A DNA stretch of 32,000 nucleotides from Formosa sp. Hel1_33_131 (GCF_001735745.1 NZ_CP017260.1:870001-902000), one strand, 5' to 3'; positions 1 to 8,465 are shown, counted from the stretch's first letter. Notes: generated from the letters alone by a model not told the origin. Numbers and translations are program-made.

Positions 1-219
1 CATTGAACTTTGCAATTCATAGGCAGGCTTAATAATCCCAGGCGTATCCGAAAGAATCACCTGAAAATCATCGCCATTCACAATCCCTAAAATTCGGTGG
101 CGCGTTGTTTGCGCCTTCGATGTAATAATGGATAATTTTTCGCCTACAAAGGCATTCATCAAGGTTGATTTTCCGACGTTGGGATTTCCGATGATATTAA
201 CAAAACCTGCTTTGTGCAT
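1..219 (-). CDS. era: GTPase Era, N-terminal fragment (the gene runs off the left window edge)
   Basis: The reverse complement from ATG (217-219) reads [62 protein letters not shown]... It shows the P-loop GNPNVGKS, a TTR switch and DTPG. It is truncated, so it is absent from the ORF track. Confidence 0.85.
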   Translation of the reverse strand, partial: MHKAGFVNIIGNPNVGKSTLMNAFVGEKLSIITSKAQTTRHRILGIVNGDDFQVILSDTPGIIKPAYELQSSM

Positions 220-279
220 TTACTTTTAAATTTCCACAAAGTTACAACCTTCCTTTTAGACTATCTAAGAATTAAATAC

Positions 280-1293
280 TTAAGAACTTTGGGAGTCGCG
301 CATAAAATCTTCGGCTTTGTCCACCATGGCACTGCTGCCACAAATGAACGGCACCCGTTGATGCAACTCTGTTGGAGTGATGTCCATAATTCTTGAAAAT
401 CCATCACTGGCTTTACCATTGGCTTGCTCGGCGATGAACGCCATTGGATTACACTCATAAAGCAAGCGTAATTTTCCATTGGGGTTTTTGGAACTTGTGG
501 GGTATAAGTAAATCCCACCTTTGATCATATTTCGATGAAAATCGGACACCAACGATCCTATATACCGCGAGGTATAAGGACGGTCTCCCTCTTCCATTTG
601 ACAATATTTAAGATAATTTTTAATGCCCTGTGGAAAGTGAATATAATTCCCTTCATTAACCGAGTAAATTGTGCCATGCTCCGGAAACTGCATTCGCGGA
701 TGCGACAAATAAAACGTCCCAATTGCGGGGTTAAGAGTAAACCCATTGACCCCATCGCCCGTGGTGTACACCAACATTGTAGAAGTACCATAAATAATAT
801 AACCTGCCGCTACTTGTTCGCTTCCTTTTTGTAAAAAATCCTCTTCTTGAACAGGGGTTCCTACAGGCGTCACACGTCGGTAAATAGAGAAAATTGTTCC
901 CACAGATACATTTACATCAATATTGGACGACCCATCTAAAGGGTCCATCAATACGATGTATTTATTTTGATGATTTTGATCGTTGCTGTTAATCGCAATA
1001 AAACTGTCTTCCTCTTCACTTGCAATGCCACACACGATGTTTCGATTGACAAGGGTTTGAATAAATTTCTCATTGGCATATACATCCAATTTTTGTTGGT
1101 CCTCTCCTTGCACATTGGTATCGCCAGCAGTGCCTAAAATATCGACTAATCCAGCTTTATTTACCTCGTAATTGACCACCTTAGCAGCCAGTCGGATGGA
1201 GTTGATCAGTCGTGATAATTCGCCAGAAGTGTATTTGAAAGAGGATTGGTGTTCTATTATAAATTCGCCTAGAGTTTGGTGTTTTTGGGACAT
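280..1293 (-). CDS. fbp: Fructose-1,6-bisphosphatase class 1
   Basis: 337-aa ORF with the typical FBPase I N-terminus ([10 protein letters not shown]...[10 protein letters not shown]) and the metal/AMP-site blocks ([32 protein letters not shown]). Confidence 0.95.
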   Translation of the reverse strand: MSQKHQTLGEFIIEHQSSFKYTSGELSRLINSIRLAAKVVNYEVNKAGLVDILGTAGDTNVQGEDQQKLDVYANEKFIQTLVNRNIVCGIASEEEDSFIAINSNDQNHQNKYIVLMDPLDGSSNIDVNVSVGTIFSIYRRVTPVGTPVQEEDFLQKGSEQVAAGYIIYGTSTMLVYTTGDGVNGFTLNPAIGTFYLSHPRMQFPEHGTIYSVNEGNYIHFPQGIKNYLKYCQMEEGDRPYTSRYIGSLVSDFHRNMIKGGIYLYPTSSKNPNGKLRLLYECNPMAFIAEQANGKASDGFSRIMDITPTELHQRVPFICGSSAMVDKAEDFMRDSQSS

Positions 1294-1411
1294 TCGAGTC
1301 TAATGTTTTTACAAATATCTGAATTTTTAGACAACTACAACGTTTTCGTTGCTATTTTATTAGATAATTTTAAAACGCTTTTGAGTATCTTTGAATTTGC
1401 AAATACAAACA

Positions 1412-1894
1412 ATGAACTATCACATTAGAAAAGCAGTAACAAGCGATATGAAACAAGTTTTAGACTTGATTACAGAACTCGCCATTTTTGAAAAAGAACC
1501 CGATGCCGTTGAAGTCACAGAAGCGGACTTAATCGCCAAAGGATTTGGAGACAGTCCCGAGTTTGATTGTTTTGTGGCAGAATCCGATCAAAAAGTAATT
1601 GGGATTGCGTTGGTTTATACCCGGTTTTCAACATGGAAAGGCACCGTGTTGCACTTAGAAGATTTGATTGTTTCGGAAAGCGTACGGGGTCACGGCGTTG
1701 GATCGGCTCTCTTAGATCAAGTGATTATTTATGGAAATGAAAAAGGCGTCAAGCGCGTCTGTTGGGAAGTCATTGATTGGAATACCCCAGCCATTGATTT
1801 TTATGAGCACAAGGGCGCCCGTGTGATGCGCGACTGGAATGTTGTGCAGTTAGACGCTCAAGGAATTAAAAATTATATCTCAAACATAAACTGA
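1412..1894 (+). CDS. GNAT family N-acetyltransferase, SSAT/diamine acetyltransferase-like
   Basis: GNAT motif A (VRGHGVGSALL) and the SSAT-like tail DWNTPAIDFYEHKGA. ATG at 1412 is preferred over the track's TTG at 1391. The stop overlaps the next start (cTGATGc at 1892-1896). Confidence 0.85.
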   Translation: MNYHIRKAVTSDMKQVLDLITELAIFEKEPDAVEVTEADLIAKGFGDSPEFDCFVAESDQKVIGIALVYTRFSTWKGTVLHLEDLIVSESVRGHGVGSALLDQVIIYGNEKGVKRVCWEVIDWNTPAIDFYEHKGARVMRDWNVVQLDAQGIKNYISNIN

Positions 1895-3144
1895 TGCAGT
1901 TATTTAAATTTGGTGGTGCTTCCGTAAAGGATGCAGAAGGAGTCAAAAATTTAGCCCATGTCTTATCGACTGTTGGCTACAGCAATACACTGATTGTGGT
2001 TTCGGCCATGGGAAAAACGACCAATGCCATGGAAACGGTGATTGCAAATTATTTTGATGCCAAACACCAATTGCAAAGCTCCTTACAAGACATTAAAAAA
2101 TTCCACAACAATATTCTCCTCGATTTATTTGAGAATGAACAACACCCCGTATTTGAAACGGTTGACAACTTATTTCAAGAAATTGTGCTATTTTTTGACC
2201 ACAACAAATCGCCCAACTACAACTTCGTATATGACCAAGTTATTGGGTTTGGAGAGTTGATTTCTACCACAATTATCAGTCATTATTTAAACAAAATTGG
2301 CATCACAAATACTTGGTTGGATGTAAGGACGTTTATAAAAACCGACAATTATTATCGAAATGCCAAAGTGCATTGGAACCAAACACAAGAGTTAATTTCA
2401 ACCCATGTGGACACTTCAAAATTAAACATCACTCAAGGATTTCTGGGAAGTGATTCTAACAACTTTACAACCACTCTTGGGCGTGAGGGGAGCGATTATA
2501 CCGCCGCAGTGTTTGCTTATTGTTTAAATGCGAATACAGTGACCATTTGGAAAGATGTCCCAGGGGTTCTCAATGCCGATCCTCGTTATTTTGAGAATGC
2601 AGAGTTATTGCATCAGATTTCCTATACTGAAGCTATTGAGCTTTCTTATTATGGCGCGTCTGTAATTCACCCCAAAACGCTGCAACCCCTACAGCGCAAA
2701 GAGATTCCTTTGCATGTCAAGTCCTTTTTAAACCCAGAGAATGAAGGTACTACCGTTGGAAAAGATTTGACTCTGAACCCAAAAGTGCCTTGTTATATTT
2801 TAAAAAATAATCAAGTTTTAATTTCACTTTCATCACTTGATTTCTCATACATCGTCGAAGATAATATTAGCCATATCTTTAGTTTACTACACGATTACAA
2901 GATGAAAGTCAGCATGATTCAAAATTCAGCGATTAGCTTTTCAGTGTGTATAGAAAATAACTATGACAATCTGGAACGCTTGTTATTACATTTAAAGGCA
3001 AAGTATAAAGTGTCGTCGCACAAAGCGGTTAATCTCTATACTATTAGACATTACAACCAACAAGCAATCCACGACATGGAAGCCGAAAAAGAAATTCTTT
3101 TAAAGCAAATCACTCCCGAGATCGTACAGATTATAACCAAGTAA
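1894..3144 (+). CDS. lysC: Aspartate kinase
   Basis: 416 aa. N-terminal kinase motif KFGGASV...VVSAMGKTTN, a TTLGREGSDYTA block and C-terminal ACT-like region. Confidence 0.9.
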   Translation: MQLFKFGGASVKDAEGVKNLAHVLSTVGYSNTLIVVSAMGKTTNAMETVIANYFDAKHQLQSSLQDIKKFHNNILLDLFENEQHPVFETVDNLFQEIVLFFDHNKSPNYNFVYDQVIGFGELISTTIISHYLNKIGITNTWLDVRTFIKTDNYYRNAKVHWNQTQELISTHVDTSKLNITQGFLGSDSNNFTTTLGREGSDYTAAVFAYCLNANTVTIWKDVPGVLNADPRYFENAELLHQISYTEAIELSYYGASVIHPKTLQPLQRKEIPLHVKSFLNPENEGTTVGKDLTLNPKVPCYILKNNQVLISLSSLDFSYIVEDNISHIFSLLHDYKMKVSMIQNSAISFSVCIENNYDNLERLLLHLKAKYKVSSHKAVNLYTIRHYNQQAIHDMEAEKEILLKQITPEIVQIITK

Positions 3145-3164
3145 GTAACTATTTAATCCTAAAA

Positions 3165-5003
3165 ATGATTAAATTTGTATCAGACCCCCAAAATATGAGT
3201 ATCGTAACCCCCAAAGAAATTGCGAAGGCCATTAAAGTTGATACCTATGGATTTATCGGTACTTTTTTAGGCTGGATCTTGATGAAGGTATTGAAGATTT
3301 CTACGATTAACAGAATCTACAATCAGAACAAGCACAAAAGCGATCTTGAATTTTTAAACGGCCTTTTATCCGATTTTCAAATTCGATTTGAAATTCCCGA
3401 AGAAGATTTAAAACGACTCCCAAAAGACGGCGCATACATCACGGTTTCCAACCATCCCTTGGGTGGAATAGATGGCATTTTATTGTTAAAATTAATGCTT
3501 GAACAACGCAGCGATTTTAAAATCATCGCAAATTTTTTATTGCACCGCATTGAACCTTTAGTCCCGTACATCATGCCGGTAAATCCATTTGAGGATCACA
3601 AAGATGTCAAATCGAGCATCGCTGGATTTAAGAATTCCTTGTTACATTTACAAAACGGTCACCCCTTAGGAATATTTCCAGCGGGTGAAGTCTCTACCTA
3701 TAAAGATGGAAAATTAGTGGTTGATAAACCTTGGGAACCTGCCGCCATGAAACTGATTCAACGTGCCGAAGTGCCTATTGTACCCATTTATTTTCATGCA
3801 AAAAACAGTCCTTTGTTTTACCGCCTCTCAAGACTGAGTGCCTCACTGAGAACTGCCAAACTTCCCTCTGAATTGTTAACCCAAAAGAAGCGTGTGATTC
3901 GAGTGAGAATCGGAAAACCGATTAGTGTCAAAGATCAAAAAGAGCACGGGACTTTAGATGCCTTTTCGGACTTTGTCAGACGAAAAACCTATATGCTTTC
4001 AAACTCTTTTGAAAAGGCTAAAATCTTAACAAATATTTCCTCGAGTTTAAAAGTGACCAAGTCTCCAAAAAAAATTGTGACGCCTGTTCCAACAGATGTT
4101 ATGTGTGCTGAAGTCGCGACCTTAAAAGCCGAAGACCACCGCCTTTTAACGAGTAAAAACTACGAAGTGTATTTGGCACCTGCGGCTAAACTCCCAAACA
4201 TCTTACACGAAATTGGACGCTTGCGTGAAATCACGTTTAGAGAAATTGGAGAGGGCACCAACAAGGCGATTGACTTGGACACTTTTGACAGTTATTACCA
4301 CCACATGTTTTTGTGGGATGCAGAAGCAAAGTGCCTTGCAGGTGCATACCGAATGGGCTTAGGAAGTGAAATTTTTGAAGCTAAAGGCATTGATGGATTT
4401 TATCTACAAGACTTGTTCCGTTTTGAACCGGAACTCCACAGCATGATGAGCCAGTCTATTGAATTGGGTCGTGCCTTTATTATTAAAAGCTACCAACAAA
4501 AACCAATGCCGTTGTTCTTACTTTGGAAAGGAATTGTGCACAGTACACTGCGCTTTCCAGAACATAAATATTTAATTGGCGGCGTAAGTATCAGTAATCA
4601 ATTTTCAAATTTCTCAAAATCCTTGATGATTGAGTTTATGAAATCGCATTACTACGATCCGTATTTGGCGCAGTACATCCACCCAAAGAAAGAGTTTAAA
4701 GTGAAGCTGAAAGATGCTGACAAAGATTTTGTATTTGATGCCACGGCAGCTGATTTGAATAAGTTTGATAAAATTATTGATGAAATTGAGCCAGGAGCGT
4801 TGCGAATGCCCGTGCTCCTCAAAAAATACATCAAACAGAATGCCCATCTGATCGCTTTTAATGAAGACCCCCTTTTTAACAATGCCGTCGATGGACTGAT
4901 GTACATTCGTATTGCAGACCTTCCCGATAGTACCGTGCGTCCTGTGATGGAAGAATTTCAAGCAGAACTGGAACGCAAGTATGGACCTTCGGAAGATGAA
5001 TAA
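3165..5003 (+). CDS. Fused PlsC-type O-acyltransferase / GNAT-like N-acyltransferase (OlsF-like aminolipid synthase)
   Basis: 612 aa. The N-terminal half has the HX4D acyltransferase motif (NHPLGGIDG) and FPAGEVS. The C-terminal half resembles the OlsB/hemolysin-like N-acyltransferase domain (LREITFREIGEGT). This architecture matches the bifunctional OlsF described in Flavobacterium and Serratia. Confidence 0.6.
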   Translation: MIKFVSDPQNMSIVTPKEIAKAIKVDTYGFIGTFLGWILMKVLKISTINRIYNQNKHKSDLEFLNGLLSDFQIRFEIPEEDLKRLPKDGAYITVSNHPLGGIDGILLLKLMLEQRSDFKIIANFLLHRIEPLVPYIMPVNPFEDHKDVKSSIAGFKNSLLHLQNGHPLGIFPAGEVSTYKDGKLVVDKPWEPAAMKLIQRAEVPIVPIYFHAKNSPLFYRLSRLSASLRTAKLPSELLTQKKRVIRVRIGKPISVKDQKEHGTLDAFSDFVRRKTYMLSNSFEKAKILTNISSSLKVTKSPKKIVTPVPTDVMCAEVATLKAEDHRLLTSKNYEVYLAPAAKLPNILHEIGRLREITFREIGEGTNKAIDLDTFDSYYHHMFLWDAEAKCLAGAYRMGLGSEIFEAKGIDGFYLQDLFRFEPELHSMMSQSIELGRAFIIKSYQQKPMPLFLLWKGIVHSTLRFPEHKYLIGGVSISNQFSNFSKSLMIEFMKSHYYDPYLAQYIHPKKEFKVKLKDADKDFVFDATAADLNKFDKIIDEIEPGALRMPVLLKKYIKQNAHLIAFNEDPLFNNAVDGLMYIRIADLPDSTVRPVMEEFQAELERKYGPSEDE

Positions 5004-5074
5004 ATTTTCTTGTTTTTAGATTTTTATCAATTCTTTTTGTAGTTTTAGACTGCCTTAATACTTAACCTAAAATT

Positions 5075-6238
5075 ATGAAACAAGTTTTCCCCAAGGAAAT
5101 CATTGAAAGCACTGTTGAAACTCACATGTTTCGACATAGCACTAAAAGTAAAGTTATATACCTTATTATTTTACTTTCTGTTATGACTGCTTTAGCCCTA
5201 CTCCCCTTTACCAATATTGATATTTATTCAACCTCCCGCGGGATTATCAAACCTGATAAAGAACGTATTACGATCACGGCACCCATTTCTGGAAAAATTA
5301 ATACCTCGTATTTAAACAATAATATGTTTGTGAAAAAAGGAGATACTTTAGTGTCTTTTGATGCCTCTATAATTGTTGAAAAATTGAGTTTATCAAAGCG
5401 TCAAATTGAAGAAACGACCCTATTTATTCAAGATTTATCTTATATGGTAGGGGCTAAAAAAATAGACCTCAAACAGCTAAAATCTCCTAAATTCCAAAAT
5501 GAGGCTCTTCTTTTTAAACAAAAAGAATACGAACTTCAAACGAAGTTTAAAAAATTAAAACGGGACTTTAATCGTTCTAAAAAACTATTCGACAAAGGCG
5601 TCATTGCAAAGGTGGAGCACGAAAACAAAACACTTGAGTACGACCTTATAAAAAGCAACATTCACCAATTGCACGAGCAGCAATACAATGCATGGCAAGC
5701 GGCACTTACGGACTATAAAACCAAATTAGTAGAGCTTGAAAGTAACGCCTACCAAACCCAACAAAACAGAAACTTATATACCGTGACAGCCCCTATTTCG
5801 GGGACTTTGGTAAGCAGTGTGAGTACGGGACAAAACAGCTATTTGGCTGCTGGGCAAACCATTGCCGAGCTATCTCCTGACACGGAATTGCGAATAGAAT
5901 GTTATGTAAGCCCCTATGACATTGGTTTATTAAAAGTCCATTCCGATGTAAATTTCCAGATAGATGCCTATAATTACAACCAATGGGGCATGTCCAGTGG
6001 ACGTATCACAGACATTGCAAAAGATATTGAATTCGTTGATAACAAAGCGGTTTTTAAAGTGTATTGCAGCATCAACGACGCCCAACTAGCTCTCAAAAAT
6101 GGCTATGTAGGCCCTTTGAAAAAAGGGATGACACTGACCGCAAAATTCAAATTAGCCAACCGAAGTTTATTTGACTTATTATACGACAAAGTGGACGATT
6201 GGATCAACCCAGGACAAAATCAAACCGCTAAGCTCTAA
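5075..6238 (+). CDS. HlyD-family secretion adaptor (bacteriocin/T1SS accessory protein)
   Basis: 387 aa. It has an N-terminal membrane anchor (VIYLIILLSVMTALALL), a lipoyl-like hairpin (APISGKI...GDTL / APISGTL), a long coiled-coil middle and a beta-barrel C-terminus. Confidence 0.85.
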   Translation: MKQVFPKEIIESTVETHMFRHSTKSKVIYLIILLSVMTALALLPFTNIDIYSTSRGIIKPDKERITITAPISGKINTSYLNNNMFVKKGDTLVSFDASIIVEKLSLSKRQIEETTLFIQDLSYMVGAKKIDLKQLKSPKFQNEALLFKQKEYELQTKFKKLKRDFNRSKKLFDKGVIAKVEHENKTLEYDLIKSNIHQLHEQQYNAWQAALTDYKTKLVELESNAYQTQQNRNLYTVTAPISGTLVSSVSTGQNSYLAAGQTIAELSPDTELRIECYVSPYDIGLLKVHSDVNFQIDAYNYNQWGMSSGRITDIAKDIEFVDNKAVFKVYCSINDAQLALKNGYVGPLKKGMTLTAKFKLANRSLFDLLYDKVDDWINPGQNQTAKL

Positions 6239-6250
6239 ACCCTGAAAATT

Positions 6251-6568
6251 ATGAAAAACCTAAAAACACTGGAACGCTTACAGCAATTGCATTTAAGAAT
6301 TAAAAACGAAAATACAGGGGCACCAAAACAATTAGCAGACTTAATGCAAATTAGTCAGCGCTCTGTGTATATACTAATGAATAAGCTAAAGGATTACAAT
6401 GCAGAAATTAGCTACAGTAGGAATAAAGAAACCTATTACTACACGAACGCCTTTGATTTACAAGTGGCTATTTCTGTAACCGTACTAAACGGAGATGAGG
6501 TTACCGAAATTTTTGGTGGCAGTTATTTTTTAGGAGAAAATTTGCACCTTGCAAGGAAGTTGCAGTGA
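6251..6568 (+). CDS. Small HTH-domain protein (putative locus regulator)
   Basis: 105 aa. A helix-turn-helix-like stretch (PKQLADLMQISQRSVYILMNKLKD) sits directly between the HlyD gene and the peptide genes. Confidence 0.5.
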   Translation: MKNLKTLERLQQLHLRIKNENTGAPKQLADLMQISQRSVYILMNKLKDYNAEISYSRNKETYYYTNAFDLQVAISVTVLNGDEVTEIFGGSYFLGENLHLARKLQ

Positions 6569-6586
6569 ACACGTTTATATTTGGAA

Positions 6587-6626
6587 TATCAAAACAATAT
6601 TAGATGCATATGGTAGCGTTTTGATA
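6587..6626. promoter_or_regulatory. 9-bp inverted repeat (TATCAAAAC / GTTTTGATA, 22-nt spacer) between the HTH gene and peptide gene 1
   Basis: Arms at 6587-6595 and 6618-6626 are perfect reverse complements. A perfect Bacteroidota -7 box, TATATTTG, lies at 6576-6583 just upstream. No U-run follows, so it is more likely an operator or leader structure than a terminator. Confidence 0.3.
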
Positions 6627-6683
6627 CGGATTGTAAAAAGTTTACAACCAAAAAAATTAATATAAACTCAAATTTTAAAAATT

Positions 6684-6869
6684 ATGAAACAATTAGAAAA
6701 TTATGGTGTTCAAGCGTTGAACACTGAAGAACTCAAATCTACTGAGGGTGGGTTTTGGCAGTATGTAGTCGCAGGGGCTTTGTATGTCATGTCAGAATGG
6801 GATGACATTTCTGCTGGATTTAATGATGGAATTAATGGTAACGACTACGATTATAATCCCTGTCCTTAA
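6684..6869 (+). CDS. Double-glycine-leader peptide precursor 1 (bacteriocin-type signal sequence)
   Basis: MKQLENYGVQALNTEELKSTEGG|FWQYVV... The leader fits the GG-leader / Bacteroidota bacteriocin-type signal pattern (L-7, E-8, L-12, V-15, GG at -2/-1). A C39-ABC transporter and a HlyD gene are in the same locus. Confidence 0.8.
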   Translation: MKQLENYGVQALNTEELKSTEGGFWQYVVAGALYVMSEWDDISAGFNDGINGNDYDYNPCP

Positions 6870-6875
6870 AACTTT

Positions 6876-7001
6876 ATGAAAGTTAGAAGAAAAAATATAT
6901 TATATATTTTAATTTTAATTTTTCTTTTTGGTTTTTTATCCAATTATGACAAATTAAAAGAGTCATTTATTAAAATTTTAAATTATTTATCATGGAACTA
7001 A
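6876..7001 (+). CDS. 41-aa single-pass mini membrane protein (module family KKNI..FLF..YDxxKE)
   Basis: Hand-translated: MKVRRKNILYILILIFLFGFLSNYDKLKESFIKILNYLSWN*. It starts 7 nt after the peptide 1 stop and overlaps the peptide 2 start. It aligns without gaps to the C-terminus of the 100-aa protein at 7812..8114. Confidence 0.5.
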   Translation: MKVRRKNILYILILIFLFGFLSNYDKLKESFIKILNYLSWN

Positions 7002-7156
7002 TAGAATTAAATAAGAATGAATTACTAAACATTAACGGAGGTGATGAACCAGCATATGGGATAGGATATTATATTGGAGCTGGTCTAAATGCAATTGACG
7101 AGGCTTTAGGAGAGTTTTTCTTTGGAGATCATCCTTGGTGGACTACACATCCCTAA
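6992..7156 (+). CDS. Double-glycine-leader peptide precursor 2 (54 aa, below the ORF-track cutoff)
   Basis: Hand-translated: MELIELNKNELLNINGG|DEPAYGIGYYIGAGLNAIDEALGEFFFGDHPWWTTHP*. The leader has I-4, L-7, E-8, L-12, L-15 and GG. Confidence 0.7.
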   Translation: MELIELNKNELLNINGGDEPAYGIGYYIGAGLNAIDEALGEFFFGDHPWWTTHP

Positions 7157-7174
7157 TTAAAAAAACATAAAGCG

Positions 7175-7683
7175 ATGGCTAGAATTATCTTGTTGTCGCT
7201 TTATATTAAAAAATTAATTAAATTGAGATTACTAATTAACTTCATTTCAGTAATTGTTCTTTTACTAATATTTGAATTTGGCTTTAATCCCCTTTGGGAT
7301 TACTTATATGAAATATTTGATATAAAAAAAACTTCGTTTTATGGAAACGAAAAAACTGCTTTTTTTTATTTTCTATAATAATTATAGCTCCTATCGTTGA
7401 AACACTTGTCTTTCAAGTTTTAATTAAATATTTACTAGACTTCACATCTTTACGAAGCATCCAAAATAAAATTATTTATTACTCTATTATTTCTGGAGTG
7501 TTATTTGGCTTAACTCATAACTATTCGATTGTTCACATTATAAAAGCAACAATAATGGGGGTGATTTTCATGCTTTTTTATCTTAAAACATTGAACAAAA
7601 AAAAACTTATGATAACCATTATTTATATTTCAACAACACATGCTTTTTGGAATTTGTTTGTTTGGTTTTGCAGAAATATTTAA
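7175..7683 (+). pseudogene. CPBP/Abi-family intramembrane protease-like (bacteriocin-immunity-type) gene, interrupted by a frameshift at a T8 run
   Basis: ORF 7175..7378 supplies the N-terminal TM helices and ends ...EKTAFFYFL*. The frame 2 nt ahead (equivalent to -1) continues from 7360 as FFLFSIIIIAPIVETLVFQ...FGLTH...HAFWN, which gives CPBP motifs 1-3. One extra T in the run at 7360-7367 would fuse the two parts. Confidence 0.65.
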
Positions 7684-7686
7684 AAC

Positions 7687-7794
7687 ATGAAAAATAAAAA
7701 AACTCTTATCATTCTAGCTGGTATTGTACTTTTAGTCATTGGATTTACTTTAGGACGGGCATTCGTTTCCTATATGTTGGATGCATTAGGGTAA
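7687..7794 (+). CDS. 35-aa single-pass mini membrane protein
   Basis: Hand-translated: MKNKKTLIILAGIVLLVIGFTLGRAFVSYMLDALG*. It starts 4 nt after the CPBP stop and has the same basic-N-terminus plus TM layout as its neighbours. Confidence 0.4.
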   Translation: MKNKKTLIILAGIVLLVIGFTLGRAFVSYMLDALG

Positions 7795-7811
7795 ACACGA
7801 AACAACAAATC

Positions 7812-8114
7812 ATGAAGAAAAAAATATTCTCAAGTTTTTTTATTGCTTTAGGTCTAATTTACATAAAAAGTGCCTTAACACCCTTGATTTGTATTGATGA
7901 ACCCAAAGACTATGAACTTTTTTTTGGTTGGAAAACCACAAAAAATATATTTATTCTTGTAAAATTAGTCATAGGAGTACCGCTCGTCATCTTCAATGTA
8001 AAAGAATTATTGAAACATAAAAACACCAAAAAAAACATCATTTATCTAGTTCTATCCCTATTCCTTTTTGGATTACTCGGGTACTATGACCGCATAAAAG
8101 AATTATTATTTTAA
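7812..8114 (+). CDS. 100-aa membrane protein built from about three mini-TM modules
   Basis: Three basic-patch + TM + KE-tail units: MKKKIF..., KTTKNIFILVKLVIGVPLVIFNVKELL and KKNIIYLVLSLFLFGLLGYYDRIKELLF. Confidence 0.6.
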   Translation: MKKKIFSSFFIALGLIYIKSALTPLICIDEPKDYELFFGWKTTKNIFILVKLVIGVPLVIFNVKELLKHKNTKKNIIYLVLSLFLFGLLGYYDRIKELLF

Positions 8115-8123
8115 AAAAATATT

Positions 8124-8231
8124 ATGAAAAAACCATACAAAAAAAACATCTTCATTATTGCATTAACGTTTCTGTTCTTTAGCTATTTATTTTCTCATTG
8201 GGACTGTTTCAAAGAAGGATTAGGAATTTAG
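8124..8231 (+). CDS. 35-aa single-pass mini membrane protein (same module family)
   Basis: Hand-translated: MKKPYKKNIFIIALTFLFFSYLFSHWDCFKEGLGI*. Its last 10 codons form the left copy of the 32-bp direct repeat. Confidence 0.5.
   Translation: MKKPYKKNIFIIALTFLFFSYLFSHWDCFKEGLGI
8199..8230. repeat. Left copy of a perfect 32-bp direct repeat (TGGGACTGTTTCAAAGAAGGATTAGGAATTTA)
   Basis: The identical 32-mer recurs at 9997..10028. Confidence 0.9.
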
Positions 8232-8465
8232 AAATTACGCATTCTCTAGCACTGTCTTTATTTACACATTAATTACATAAACTCGTTGTGCATTTTAATG
8301 AAATTCGTCAGTTCGAGTGGATTTTACGATTGAAAATACAAGGGATAGTAGTCCCCCGTCTTTTTTAGGGGCTTTATCTATTTTTTTGAGTATGCCAACC
8401 TTAAATTTTGTACAGTTTCAATATGTAGTTTTAGACAACCCAATTATTATTGGTTTCTCTTTTTA

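Noticed and set aside
214-834. Track ORFs 214..396, 261..518, 535..834 and 558..791
   Set aside because: All lie inside or antisense to the well-supported fbp gene (280..1293) or the era-fbp spacer. They have no recognisable motifs and are shadow ORFs.
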